Assembly (NCBI GenBank): GCA_965153355.1
Contig: OZ231126.1
Coordinates: 22,072,001-22,136,000 of the forward strand
Direction of reading: 5' to 3'
Length of the DNA stretch: 64,000 nucleotides
Source: Flaccisagitta enflata
Taxonomy: Eukaryota
Both the position numbers and the translations under genes were made by a program. The notes below the pieces were generated by a model. The model searched no databases, was not told the origin of the DNA, and saw only the letters and a list, made by a program, of their open reading frames with translations. Within the stretch, counting starts at the first letter, position 1. Every line of letters starts with the position of its first letter. This document shows positions 1 to 13,353 of the stretch, piece after piece.

Positions 1-604
1 ATGTCTCGTCATGTCTCTTCATATCTCTCCATATCTCTACATGTCTTTTCATGTCTCCTTACGCTTTTCATGTTTCCTCATTTCTCCTCATGTCTCCTCA
101 TGTCTTTGTGTTTTTTTCATGTGTCTTCATGTCTTTCCACGTCTCTTTATGTTGTCTCATGTCACTTCATGTCTCCTCATGTCTTTTCATGTCTCCTCAG
201 GTCAATTCATGTCTCCTCATGTCTTTCCATGTCTTTTCATGTTTCCTGTCTTTTAATGTCTCTCTTTATGTCTCCTCATGTCTTTTCATTTCTTTTCATG
301 TCTCCTCATGTCTTTTCTTGTCTCTTTCTGTCTTTTCATATCTTTTCTTGTTTCTTCATGTCTCCACATGTCTCTTTATGTCTTTTCATTTCCATTAATG
401 TCTTTTCATGTCTTTTCATGTCTTTTCCTGTCTTTTCATATCTTTTCCTGTCTTTTTATGTCTCTTTATGTCTCTTCATGTCCCCTCATGTCTTTTCATG
501 TCTCTTCCTCTTTATTCATGTCTCTTCATGTCTCTTCTTGTCTGACATGGGGAGACATGAAAAGACATGAAAAGACATGAGGCAACATGAAGAAAGATGA
601 AGAC
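1..604. repeat. Degenerate ~10-bp satellite (ATGTCTCTTC/ATGTCTTTTC)n, ending in a short inverted stretch (GACATGAAAA)
   Basis: Tandem CATGTCT-core units are directly visible. The reverse-complement array lies at 6043-7060. The Phe/Ser/Met/His ORFs here are repeat translations. Confidence 0.95.
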
Positions 605-1695
605 ACGATTCGTAATAAATGGGAAATACATTTACAAACAGACCATTGTCCAATTCTTTTTCATTCCACCTCAAAATTGTGTGCTGAATGCCGGAAAACC
701 GTCGCGAAATATTTTTAGCTGTAATATTTTTGTCCATCGCCCACTCCACCCAAGGTATTGAAGATGCAAATCAGTTTTGAGCATGAAGGAGTCACTTTGA
801 TGATTAATGTCTGTTTTGACCCTTAAAATTGATATCAATATACAAAATAATTAGCTTTTGAACAACTTGGTTGTTTGGTCTGGCAATTTCCAGTCTCTAC
901 TGGAGGGTATGCTGGAATGGGTTGTCAACTGCATCTTCTTTACTCTTAAAGGCGCCTTGTCAGATTCTTTTGTTTTTTTGGCGTGAAAGTGATATAGTTC
1001 CATGGATAGGTATCTGTTTATATGTTGTAATTGCCTGGATGAGCGCTTCAGATAATCAGTATGCTCCAGCACCTTGTCAACTGCTTCTTACAGGGTTATA
1101 AAAGATATCTTTTTGAGTAAGTGTGCATCGGAACCTGCAGCGTTAGTAAGATTGCTGCAAACCTCGCAATGATTTGCCTTGTTAGATATGAGTTTCTAGA
1201 TCAATCCCACAGTGAAAAAGATTCTCCATGATTGCCCACATGCCTAAGCATTTAAGTCATCGGTCCCATTGCAGTCATTTGGTTGGTTCCCTTTTTGGGC
1301 AGTGGCTGTAGGACACGGGTGAATTCTAGACGTCCGTCCACCCCCTACTATTGGGTCCTCAAATCAGCACTCTCAGGCCTGATTTTGGCCCTCATGCCCT
1401 CAAATCAGCTTTCCAGACTGCATATCTGCTCTCAAGACCTCCAGGCTTCAAATCAGCTTTCAATACCTCAAATCTGCCCTTTAGGCCTAAAGCCTGACAC
1501 CTGACCTCAAAACTGCTTTTCAGGCCAAACCAGTCGCTCAAGGGCAATATGTGGTCAGCAATACCCCTTACCCTGCTTTTCATGATTGTGAATTTGAGTG
1601 GGGGTAGCAGGGAGTGGCCTGTCCATCCATCCATGAACTGAGGGCTGAGGGGGCAAATTTGAAGCCCAGAGAGGAATATTAGAGGCCTGAGAAGG

Positions 1696-2275
1696 TTTTT
1701 TGGGCAGCGGTCCCAAAAGGGACTAAGTCCAGTAAAACACAGGGGGAATCTGTTCATCCGTCCCTACGTCCGTATGTCCGTCCATCCCCCCTTGCCTCTT
1801 CTTCAGGGCTTCATCTCCTTTGGGGACTATTCTGACTCAAATTCTGCCAAATAGCCCAAATTCAAGCAATATAGCCCAAATCTTAGCAAAATAGCCCAAA
1901 TCCCAGCATAATGGCTCAAATTCAAGCAAAATGGCCCAAATCTAGCCAGCAAACCCCAATTTTGGCCTGAGGTCCATCATTTTGGCCCCTTGGACCTATG
2001 TTGTGGCCTCCATTATCAAGATTCTGAGCAGATTTTGGCCATTTCGCTTAGATTTGGGCCATTTTGCTTGAATTTGGGCCATTATGCTTGGATTTTGGCC
2101 ATTTTATTAGATTTCGGCCATATTGCTGATGGACAGACGGACAGATAGTCAGATTCCCCTGTGTTCTACAGGACTTCATCCCCTTTGGGGCTGTTGCCCT
2201 GCTCCCCCTCAACTTAAATCACACACTACTCAAGCAGGGCATGGGTACCGCTGACCATTTATTGCCTTTGGGTTG
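1696..2275 (+). mobile_element. HINE/DINE-1-like non-autonomous Helentron, family B
   Basis: Starts TTTTTGGGCAGCGGTCCCAAAAGGGAC...CACAGGGGGAATCTG. Internal inverted copy CAGATTCCCCTGTGTTCTACAGGAC...GCCCTGCT. Contains CCGT microsatellite, ~21-bp GCCCAAAT repeats and a 3' CGCTGACCAT tail shared with the other copies. Confidence 0.6.
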
Positions 2276-2624
2276 ATTTGAAGCCTGAGTGGGCTCATTT
2301 GAGAGCCAAGGCCTGATTTGAGGTCTGTTAGGGCTGATTTGAGGTCTCTGAGGGCTGATTTGAGTCCTGTGAAGGCTGAGTTGAGGTATAAGAGGTCTGG
2401 AAGGCTGAATTTGAGGCCAGAGAGGGCCGATTTGAGGCCCTAGAGACCTGATTTGAGGCCTTATAGGTCTGATTTGAGGCCTGAGAGGCCTGATTCGAGG
2501 TCTGAGTTGCCATAGGGGGGGATAAACGAATCGAAGAACAATCAAATGAACGAACACAGGACTTTGTCCCCTTTGGTGCTGCTGCCCAAAAGGGGACCAA
2601 CCAACCAAATGATGGACAGACATA

Positions 2625-2794
2625 CAGTAGGACCCCGCCTCATCAGTCCCGTTGGAACTCAAGATTTTTCACCTTTATTTCAGGGTAACCTTTAATGAGA
2701 GGTGAAATCACATTAAAAACTACCATTTGGGACCTCATAATATTTAATGATGGGGAACCTTTAAAAGCGAGGCTGTTATTGCGGGGTTCCACTG
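2625..2794. mobile_element. Tc1/mariner(pogo)-type MITE
   Basis: TA|CAGTAGGACCCCGC ... GCGGGGTTCCACTG|TA: terminal inverted repeats with a TA TSD. Inserted into a HINE-A-like end (…GCATGCGACTAAAAA). Confidence 0.75.
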
Positions 2795-4305
2795 TATCAG
2801 GTTGTAGTCATGTAGCATGCGACTAAAAAACAAGTCCTCAAATCAGCCCTCCAGGCCTCAAATCAGCTTTCAAGACCTCAAAGCTGCCCTTTGAGCCTCA
2901 GGCCTGCCACCTGATCTCAAATCTGCTCTTCAGGTCAAAACCGATCGCCCAAGGGCAATATGTGGTCAGCGATACCCGTTGCCCTGCTTTGAATGTTTGT
3001 CAATGTAGGTGATGGGTAGCAGGGCTGCGGCCCCAAAGGGGACAATGTCATGTAGAACACAGGGAGATTTCTGCCCAATTAGGTTTGTGAGCACCATTGC
3101 AGTAAGCAGGGTGTAGAGTCCCGTAGCACGTGACTAAAAAGTGCCATGTTCTGGTTTTTGGGCTGCGGCTCCAAAGGGGACAAAACCTGCTCAAACAGAA
3201 AAAGAGGAAAAAATTGGGATTGCATGATGAATTCCAATATCTTGATATTTTATCTTTATTAATGTCTTACTTTTAAGACCAATCTGGCCATTTATGACTG
3301 ATTCATAAAGATATAACATCGATTTAAAGTTACAGAGGTCAGTTTATCAATTTCTACAGAAACCTCACATGGGGTAAATCACATTTTTACTCAAAACTGT
3401 GTGGAAGCTTAACTTCTAGAGCCAGTGCTATGAAATTTTGTATAAATAAATGGTAGGTAATGTGCTTTAAGACAAAACCAATCCGAATTTCTAAAAATGA
3501 ATATTTTAGGCACAATTAAGGTTTTGCTGGTATCAGTAGCTTTTGATTTCAGGGTAGGCCTGGAATCTGCTCTCTCAAGCCTAAAATCTGCCTTCTCAGG
3601 CCTAAAATCTGCCCTCTCAGGCCTGTAATCTGCCAGCAATAAGCCTGAAATCTGCCCTTGAGCAACTGGTTCTGATATTTTGTCGCATACATGCGAATAC
3701 ATGCTTTGTCAAACCGCCCATTGGTCCAACCTTTGGTCCATCCGTTGATCAGTCCATCCATCAAACTTTACTTTCGCAACATTTACAGACAGTTATTGCC
3801 TTATTGCTCCTGCCTACTTGGTTAGCCATTTTTGGCAGTGGCCGAGGCTCAAATTCCAGCCAAGAGGCTCAAATTCCAGCCAAGAGGCTCAAATTCCATC
3901 CTCGAGGCTCAACTACCAGCCTCAAGGCTCAAATACCAGATTCAAGGCTCAACAGGTCACCCAAGGGCAATACATGGTTAGCGATACCCATTGCCCTGCT
4001 TTGCATGGTTGTTAATTGGAATGAGAGGCAGGGCAGCAGCCCTAAAGGGGACAAAGTCCTGTAGAACACAGGGGACTTTCGTTCGTTCGTTTGTCCGTTT
4101 GTCTGCCCCCCAGTGGCCCTCTCAGGCCTGAAATCTGCCCTCTCAGGCCTAAAATCTGCCCTCTCAAGCCTGAAATCTGCCCCCTCAGGCCTAGCATCTG
4201 AGAGGGCAGATTTCAGGCCTGGGAGGGCAGATTTTAGGCCTGAGAAGACAGGTTTCAGGCCTGAAAGGGCAAATTTCAGGCCTTAGAGGGCAGATTCAAG
4301 GCCTG

Positions 4306-5167
4306 AACAGGTCGCCCAAGGGCAATATGTGGTCAGCGATACCCGTTGCCCTGCTTTGAGTGATTGTGAATTGGAGTGAGGGGAAGCAGGGCAGCGGCCC
4401 CGAAGGGGACAAAGTCCTGTAGAACACAGGGGGACTTTCGTTCGTCCTTCCTGAAGAAGTGGATGAGATGCTATACAGGCCTTCAAGAGCCTAAACTGAG
4501 GTCTAAGAAGGCTGATGTAAGGCCTGAAAATGCCAATCTGAAGCTTGAGAGGGCTGACTTGAGGCTTGAGAGCGCTGGATTAAGGCTTGAAAGGTCAGAG
4601 AACTGATATGAAGCCTGAGAGCAATAAGTTGAGGCTTAGATAGCTGATTTGAAGCCTGAGAGGCCTAATTTGAGGCCTGAGAGGCTAGGTTTGAGGCCTG
4701 ATAATCTGGATTTGAGGCCTGAGAAGCCTAATTTGAGGCCTGAGAGGCCAGGTTTGATGTCTGAAAGGTTGGATTTGGGGCCTGAGAGGCCGGATTTGAG
4801 GCCTGAGAGGCTGGATTTGGGGCCTGAGAGGCTGGATTTGAGGCCTGAGAGGCCAGATTTGAGGCCTGTGATGCTGGATTTGAGGCCCAAGAGGCAAGAT
4901 TTGAGGCCTGAGAGGCTAGATTTAAGGCTTGCGAGGCTAGAATTAAGGCCTGAGAGGCCTGAGAGGCTGGATTTGAGGCCCGAGAGGCTGGATTTGAGGC
5001 CTGATAGGCCAGATTTTAGGCCTGAGAGGCCAGATTTGAGGTCTCAGAGGCCATAGTTGAGGCCTGAGGGGCTTGATGAGGGGGGACGAACGGACGAACT
5101 AACGGACGAACGAAAGTCACCCTGTGTTCTACAGGACTTTGTCCCCTTCGGGGCCGCTGCCCAAAAA
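4306..5167 (-). mobile_element. HINE family B element with 21-bp minisatellite (GATTTGAGGCCTGAGAGGCTG)n
   Basis: Same architecture as 10497-11165, in the opposite orientation: sub-terminal IR GGGCAGCGGCCCCGAAGGGGAC...CTGTAGAACACAGGGGGAC, GACG/GAAC microsatellite, T-run at the 5' end. Confidence 0.75.
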
Positions 5168-5261
5168 GCCTGGGGAGGATGAACAAAGGGACGGATGGAC
5201 GAACGAACGAAAGTCCCGTGTTCTACAGGACTTTGTCCCCTTCGGAGCCGCTGCCCAAAAA

Positions 5262-5445
5262 CTAGCCTCAAGGCTCAAATACCAGCCTCAAGGCTCAAAT
5301 ACCAACCTCAAGGCTCAAATACCAACCTCAAGGCTCAAATACCAGCCTCAAGGCTCAAATACCAGCCTCAAGGCTCAAATACCAGCCTCAAGGCTCAAAT
5401 ACCAGCCTCAAGGCTCAAATACCAGCCTCAAGGCTAAAATACCAG
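5262..5445. repeat. 20-bp minisatellite (ACCAGCCTCAAGGCTCAAAT)n
   Basis: About 9 near-perfect tandem copies. Related units occur at 3840-3950. Confidence 0.9.
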
Positions 5446-5914
5446 TCTTGCGGCTCAAAACTAACCTTTCAGGTTCAGCTCTCATCCTAGAGGCTTTAGA
5501 CTCACTAAGCATAGGTAATCGGCCCCTTTGAGGCTGCTGCACCTCTCACTACCACACATCCATTTATACTTATATAGGGGCCATTTATTACTACCCCTGC
5601 CCACCAGCACACAATATGGATAGCCATGTATCCCGCCTGATTTGTTGAAGAAAAAAAAACCAGAAGGGACTCATAATTTTGGTCATATTTTGCAATCTTG
5701 GTCATTTTGGGCCCTTAAGGGGCCCCTGAAGGACCCTTCACGGGCCCTCATTCTGAATATTTCCATGATCCATTTTTAATCTTTAAATATCTTTCAAACA
5801 AGACCAATACCAAGTTTTCTTTTCCAACCCATTAAGAAATAAAAAAGAAAATAAAGTAATCAATTTTTTTCCTATTTCCACCATCAAGAAGGCTGTAAAG
5901 ATCAGCAGACTGAC

Positions 5915-7060
5915 GAAAATATTACAGCTAAAAATATTTCCCGACGGTTTTCCGGCATTCAGCACACAAATTTGGGGCGTAACGACCAAGAATTGGACGA
6001 TGGTCTGTTTGTATATGTACTTCCCATTAATTACGAATCGTGAAGAGACATGAGAAGACATGAAGAGACACAAAAAGGCATGAAGAGACATTAAGCGACA
6101 AAAAAAACCTGATGAGACTTTAGAAAACATGAAGAGACATGAAGAGACATGAAGATACATGAAAATACATAAGGAGACAGGAAAGGACATGAAAAAAAAT
6201 GAGGTGACATGAAGAGACATAAAAACATATAAAGAGACATAAGCACACATGAAAAGACATGAAAAGACATAAAAAGACACAGAGAGACATGAAAAGACAT
6301 GAAGAGAAATAGAGACATGAAGAGACATGAGGAGACATGAGGAGACATGAAGAGACACAAAAGGACATGGAGAGAAATGGGGATACATAAACAGAAAAAA
6401 AAGACATGAAAAGACAAGAGGGGCATGAAGAATAATGAGGAGACATGAAGAGACATGAAAAGACATGAGGGGTCATGAGACATGGAGAGACAATAGAAGA
6501 CATGAAGAGACAAGAAAAGACATGAAGAGGCATGAGGAGACATTTAAAGACATAAAGAGATATGAGGAGACATGAAGAGAGATGAGAAGACATGAAAAGA
6601 CATAAAAAGACATGAAGGGACATAAAAAGACATGAGGCGACGTGAAGAGACATAAGAAGACATGAAGAGACATAAAAGGAATGAAGAGACAAAGAGAAAA
6701 AAAAACATGAAGAGACACAAGATGACATGAGAAGACCTGAGGAAACATGAAGAGATAAGAAGAAAAATAAAGTGACACAAAAAGACACTAGCAGACAGGA
6801 AAGGACTTAAAAAGAAATAAGGAGACATGAAGAGACATGAGGAAACATGAAGAGACATGAAAACACATGTAGTGACATGCAAAGACAGAAACAGACATGA
6901 GAAGACAGGAGACACGAAATAACATGAAAAGACATGAGGAGACATGAAGAGACATGAGGAGCAAAGAAGAGTCAAGAGTAGACATGAAGTGACATAAGAT
7001 GACATGAAGAGACAAGAAAAGACATGAAGAGACATGAAAAAACATGAAGAGACATGAAAA
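5915..7060. repeat. Inverted partner of 1-730: unique flank plus (GAAGAGACAT)n satellite
   Basis: 5915-6042 is the reverse complement of ~604-730 (TGTGTGCTGAATGCCGGAAAACCGTCG…ATATTTTTAGCTGTAATATTTT). It is followed by ~1 kb of the 10-bp satellite. Confidence 0.9.
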
Positions 7061-9479
7061 AACACTTTACTTTACTTTCATTACTTTTCTTTACTTTACA
7101 TTTTACATGGAATAAAACTGTGATCCCCTTCTCTTACAATCTTATGTCTTCTGATGAAACGGTGCATGTAAAACTGCACACCCAAATGCACCTAGGCTAT
7201 ACACAGTCTTTGAATTTCCAAGATCAAAATGAATCTTTTTCTTTTTCTCTCCCTCTCTCTTTCTTGTATTGGATTCCAAAGCCTGACCTTGCATGATGGC
7301 TGGGTAGATTCAGTTTAAGTTAAAACACGCTGGGTACCTGACCAGTGGTGGTGCCTTACTTGGTGGGTCAATCTGTCAAATTATTTCTGACAACCAACCC
7401 CTTACCAGCTCTTGCCTTAAATAAACCTTCCTTCTTAACTCATCCCTACCCCTTTGACTCACTCTTTCCCTGGGACTAAACCTTACCCTGAAATCAACCT
7501 TCAAACACTCAAAACCTAAGCTTGATTACTTATCAATGCCTGAACTGAAACTGAAAATTTGTTTTCATTGTTAACCCTTTGACATTTAAAACGAAATAAG
7601 GCCCTTTTTTTCCTATCCCCAAAGAAACCTATTTTTTGGAACAGATTGTTGAAGAGGAAGGTCAGAAACATTCCTTTAGGATGAATGAGATTTTTAACAG
7701 ACAGTGTCTTAGTACCAGAACAAGACATGAAACAGAAAGATACTGGAGAACAGGACATCATCAAGAGTCAAGATTGATTAAAGAATACAAAAGATTCATA
7801 CATGAAACATGGCTGACGATTTTGATCAGGAGAAGACTATATCTGCAATATGCAAATGATTTCATGGTTTTCTAAAGGTGTAGCCAATCTCCCTCTTGAC
7901 CTGTTGTTTTACTATAACTTGCTTTCCAAAACCAAAAATGTTTGATTGTTTGATACACTTCATCAAAAGATTCTGCCTACCGAGTTCTCTATCCGTTGAC
8001 TAAAATTTTGGCTAAATCCAAATCAAGGCCATTTTTGTAAGAGGAGAACAAGATTTTTCCACTTTCATAGGGTCAGATTCTATCTCATTTGCATATTGTA
8101 GAGTGCAATTGAACCTCACTGTCTGTATCTTTTAATCAAATAATCTTTTCTTATTACATCAAAAATGCAGTTGATTGAAATACATGCACTATTGATTTGA
8201 TCTATACTTTGTTCATGTCAGAAGATATCTTTTATGATGTAGTTTTGATAGTTTCATTCACAGTGATGTGAAAAGTAATGTAAAAATGAAATCATCCAAG
8301 GCATAGTCAGCCGCTGGCTGCTCTTATCATTCATTGTCTCAATTACTGGGGCTCGCTGCAACTTAACCTGATGTCCTCAGTAATATCTTTACCCTTCCTT
8401 TAAGACATCTTCACTAACCTGTCAATACACTTTTCACCTGTTTATTCATGAGCAACCTTGCCTGTTTCAAATGAGAACCATCTATTTGTCCTCCACCCGT
8501 TTTACCGACCTTTGATAGAGCTAAAGCAGTAAACAAGGCCATGTGGGCCAATAGGGTGGTCCATGTGGATCATCGAACAAATGCATTACCGACCAACAGA
8601 CAGACTAACCGACCAACCAACTGACACAGCCAGTTATAAAGGTGCTTAGGGACACCTGAAAAGACTTAGAAGAGACAATCTCATTTGCATACTGCAGCTC
8701 TATAGTGACCTTGAAAAAAACTTCCTGAATGTTCTGTTTTTAAGGCATGGATGGGTCTCTTGTAGATCATTGGTTCATTAGTCTAACAATCAAGTCCATT
8801 ATGCAGCTAACATAGTACAAAAGACTGAGAAGGGTCACTCAATCTCATTTGCATATTGCAGCTCTACAGTGACCTAAAAAAACATACTGAATGTCAACTT
8901 TTTCAGGGGCCTGATTGGTCTCTAATATTTCTATAAGTCCAACCGTCAAGTCCATTTCTTGATATCTGCAAGTGAATGCATAATTGCTCTACTTCTTCAC
9001 TTGATCACTCCGAGCAAGGCATCGGGTAGTGCTGACCATGTGAAATTCAATGACTTGTTTCAAACTAATATGCAGCCAAAACAGTATGAAAGACTGAGAA
9101 GGGACTTCGTCATTCTGATTTGCATATTGCAGCTCTATAGTGACCTTTAATAAACTGCCTAATATCCTTTTTTTCTCAGGTGCATAGGTCTAACAGTCAA
9201 GTCCATTACTAGATAACTGCAAAGCCTTTAAGCCTTGACTACTATCATATTGGTATTCATTTTGCCCCTTACAATCTAACAAACACCTAAAAAACTCATT
9301 CACCTTTGGAAAACATAGAAAGTTTGGCATTTTTGAAAAAGAGTTAGTTTAGCTTAGTTCTTCTCTCCAGTTATCCTTACAAGCCAATCTATGCACTTTA
9401 CATCTGTTGATTCACAAGCCATTGGGCCAGTTTTTAGTGAGAATCAAGGGGTAGAGAACTGTCTACTTGTTTACCACCC

Positions 9480-9614
9480 TTTTTAGTCGCTTGCTCGCGA
9501 CTCTGCAACCCGCTTTGTCCGTTTGTCGGTCCGTTGGTCGGTCCGTCCGTCACGCATAGCTTTTTTTGCCGCCCCTGCCCACCTGACTAAGGTAGCTGTG
9601 TATCCGGCCTTGTT
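9480..9614 (+). mobile_element. Short HINE family A element
   Basis: TTTTAGTCGC…GCGACT 5' hairpin, GTCC/GGTC microsatellite, 3' GCTGTGTATCCGGCCTTGTT. Inserted in a T-run. Confidence 0.7.
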
Positions 9615-10496
9615 TTCAACCTACTTAGCAGCTTAAACAGTATGAAACACTGAGGATGGACACTGTCAATCTTATTTGCATATTGCAGCTCTATAGTAAC
9701 CTAAACACAAACTTCCTGAATTTCATTTTTTTCAGGTGCATAAATCGGTATTTTGTAGATCATTAGTCCATTAGTCTAACAGTCCAGTCCATTTCTTGGA
9801 ATCTGCAATGCATTAGAGCAATACCATAATTGGATCACTATCGTATTTGAATTCATTTTGCTCTTTACAGTCTTAAAAAGACCTAAAAATTCAATCATGG
9901 TTGTATACTTCACAAACTCTTGGCATGTGCAAGAAGATGAAAAATAAGTGGCAACCTTCCCCTTAGATCTGTCAAAACCTGTCACACTGATTGACTCACG
10001 AGTCAAGAGCAATCTGTTTGGGATTTAAGAGACTTACAGGAGGTGATCCATCCAGTTGTCTTCCACCCTTATTTTCAACTTTTTATGCAGCTAAAACCTT
10101 CAGTAGGGACTCTGTCAATCTCATTTGCATATTGCAGCTCTTTAGTGACCTAATAAATACTTCCTGAATGTCAATTTTTGCAGGGGTATTGATTGGTCTC
10201 TGGTAGATCATTGGTTGCAGGGGCATTGATTGGTCTCTGGTTGATCATTGGTATATTAGTCTGACTAATACACAAGTCCATCTCTTGATTTTAGCAATGC
10301 ATAAGAGTCATTCCAAAGTTTTTTATCGTTTTCATTTTGAAATTTGTTTCTCTGTTAACAGCCTTACAGACATCAAAGAAAAAACTTCCGTCCTTGCTGA
10401 CCTTCAATAATTATGACATGTAGTAAAAGCAATCTGGCAAATTGTATCTGAAAATTAGAGGGAGGGGGAGATAACCATCCATTTGTCTCCTACCCC

Positions 10497-11165
10497 TTTT
10501 TGGGCAGCGGCCCCGAAGGGGACGAAGTCCTGTAGAACACAAGGGGACTTTCGTTCGTCCGTCCGTTCGTCCGTTCGTCCGTTCGTTAGTCCCGCCCCTC
10601 ATCAGACCCCTCAGACCTCAAATTCAGCCTCTCAGGCCTCAAATCTGGCCTCTCGGGCCTCAAATTTGGCCTCTCAGGCCTCAAAACTGGCCTCTCAGGC
10701 CTTAAATTTGGCCTCTCAGGCCTCAAATCTGGCCTCTCAGGCCTCAAATCCAAATTCTCAGGCCTCAAACCTGGCCTCTTATACCTCAAATTAGGCCTCT
10801 CAGGCCTCAAATTAGCCATCTAAACCTCAATTTATTGCTCTCAGGCTTCAAATCAGTCCTCTGGCCTTTCAAGCCTTAATCCAGCTCTCTCAAGCTTCAA
10901 GTCAGCTCTCTAAAGCTTCCAATCGGCATTCTCAAGCCTTAAATCAGCCTTCTTAAACCTCAGTTTAGGCTCTTGAATACCTTCAGTCAGCTCTCTATAG
11001 CATCTCATCAACTTCTTCAGGTAGGACGAACGAAAGTCCCCCTGTGTTCTACAGGACTTCGTCCCCTTTGGGGCCGCTGCCCTGCTTCCCCTCAATCCAT
11101 TTCACAATCATTCAAAGCAGGGCAACGGGTATCGCTGACCACATATTGCCCTTGGGCGACCTGTT
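10497..11165 (+). mobile_element. Full-length HINE family B element
   Basis: 5' TTTTTGGGCAGCGGCCCCGAAGGGGACGAAGTCCTGTAGAACAC, (CGTT/CGTC)n, 21-bp tandem array, inverted copy at ~11025-11082, 3' …CCCTTGGGCGACCTGTT. No TSD; T-run target. Confidence 0.8.
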
Positions 11166-12967
11166 TCAATGATTATGCGGCCAAAACAGTACAAAAGACT
11201 AAGAAGGGAAACTCAATCTTATTTGCATATTGCAGCTCTTTAGTGACCTTAGTAAAACTTCCTGAATGTCATTTATTTCAGGTGCATAGGTCGGCCTTTA
11301 GTAGATCATTAATCCATCAGTCTAGCAATCAAGTCCATTTATTGATATTTGCAATGCCTTAGAGCCATTCCAGGATTTGATCAATGTCATATCGGAATTC
11401 ATTTTGCTCCTTACAGTCTAACAAACTATTAAAAAATTATTTGATTCTTTAAAGATCATATAAGTCATTAAACATTCAACCCTCTATTGAGATTTATGTT
11501 CAACCATGGTCTTTTCTTACAGGTCGGTCAGTTCCCAATGCACCTATCGACCCTTGTTTGGACAATTGCTCTAAGGGGGGTTGATCCTCCGTGTCTTTAC
11601 ACAGAAGCCAAGATTTTTTGTTTCTCACGGTCAGAATCCCAATATTGAGGCCCAGGTCCTATCCTCAGGGCCCAAATCCCAGCCTTGAGGACCAAATTCC
11701 AGCCTTGAAGGCCCAAATTCAGCCTTGAAGGCCAAAATCCAGCCTTGCCACCCAAATCTCAGTCCAAAGACCCAAATCCCAAAGTCTGGAAAGAGAAGGA
11801 GAAAATTCCCCACATGAGTGAAAGCACAGGTCATCAAGCCCTTTGGGGCCGCTGCCCTGCTCCCGCCCTCAACTTCAATCACAACCTACTTGGGCAGGGC
11901 ACAAGTACTGCTGACCATCAAACCCTTTTGCGACTATTCATACCTATAATGCAGCTAAAACAGACACTCAATTCAATTTGCATATTGCAGCTCTATTGTG
12001 ACCTTAAAAACTGCCTGAATGAGATTTTTTTCAGACGCAATGATTGTTCTTTTATAGATCATTGTCCATGAGTCTAATAGTCATGTCCATCTGTTTATAA
12101 CTGCAATGCCTTGGAGCCATACCATAATTTGACAACTTTCATATTGGAATCCATATTGCTCCTTACAATCTAAGAAAAGCTTTTCATTGCTCTCCTCGAC
12201 AAATTTTGATATCATATTCAGATGTTCTGTTTTTATTAAATTTCCGTTCAGACGCCGTTACAAACTAGTAACCATTGACTCTTAATCAACTTGGCTGGTT
12301 TCAAAGGAGTACCAATGGACAGAAAACCATCCACGTGTCTTCTACCATTTTTTTCTACCTCTTATGCAGCTAAAACAGTACGAATGACTGAGAAGGGACA
12401 TTGCCAATCTCATTTGCATATTGCAGCTTTACTGTGACCTTAGAAAAACTTCCCGAAAGTCTTTTTTTCAGGTTCAGGTTTTCAGGTCTCTAGTACATCA
12501 TTGGTCGATTAGTCTAACAGTCAAGTCCATGTCAGTTTATCTGCAATGACTAAAGAATCATTTCATGATTGGACCAGTCTTATTGGAATTCATTTTGCTC
12601 CTAACAGTCTTATAAAACCAAAAAAATGACAGTTACTTTTGCCAATATTGAGAAATTGTAGCACTCACTGATTGATAAACTTTGTTCCTTGAAGGTACTT
12701 CCTCCTGTCAGACAACTTTAGAAACCAATCTGCGCCTTCTTCACCTTTTGACTCGCTAGCAATCTTGCCAGTTATCAGTGCGCAATAAGAGATGGAGGAC
12801 CATGCTTTTGTCTTCCACCCTTTTTTTCAACCTATCACACAGCTTTAACAGTATGAAAGACTGAGAAACGACACTGTCAATCTCATTTGCATTTTGCCTC
12901 TCTATAGTGACCAAAACAAATTTCCTGAATGTCTTTTTTTTCAGGTGTAGTGAATCAGTTGTTTGTA

Positions 12968-13353
12968 GATCATTGGTCCATAAGTCTAACAGTCGAGTTT
13001 ATTTACTGTTATCTCATGATTCTGCTAGCCTTCAATAATTATGGTATTTAAAAGAATATGTCATGTTAATGGTGTTCTTCCAATCAAAAACTTTTATTAA
13101 CAAGTTGATGCCCTTGACTCCCATTGATTCACAAGAAATTTGGCTGGCATTTAATAAAACGATCATTGGTCCATAAGTCTAACAGTCGAGTTCATTTACT
13201 GTTATCTCATGATTCTGCTAGCCTTCAATAGTTATGGTATTTAAAAGAATATGTCATGTTAATGGTGTTCTTCCAATCAAAAACTTTTATTAACAAGTTG
13301 ATGCCCTTGACTCCCATTGATTCACAAGAAATTTGGCTGGCATTTAATAAAAC
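12968..13353. repeat. Recent 193-bp direct tandem duplication
   Basis: 12968-13160 and 13161-13353 are nearly identical (GATCATTGGTCC…TTAATAAAAC). Confidence 0.92.

Noticed and set aside
851..1101. Possible LINE ORF2 C-terminal remnant
   Set aside because: Only a vague resemblance, with no diagnostic motif I can support.
1..7065. Long ORFs rich in MSLHVSSCLF or RPERLDL
   Set aside because: Translations of 10-bp and 21-bp tandem repeats, open in several frames on both strands.
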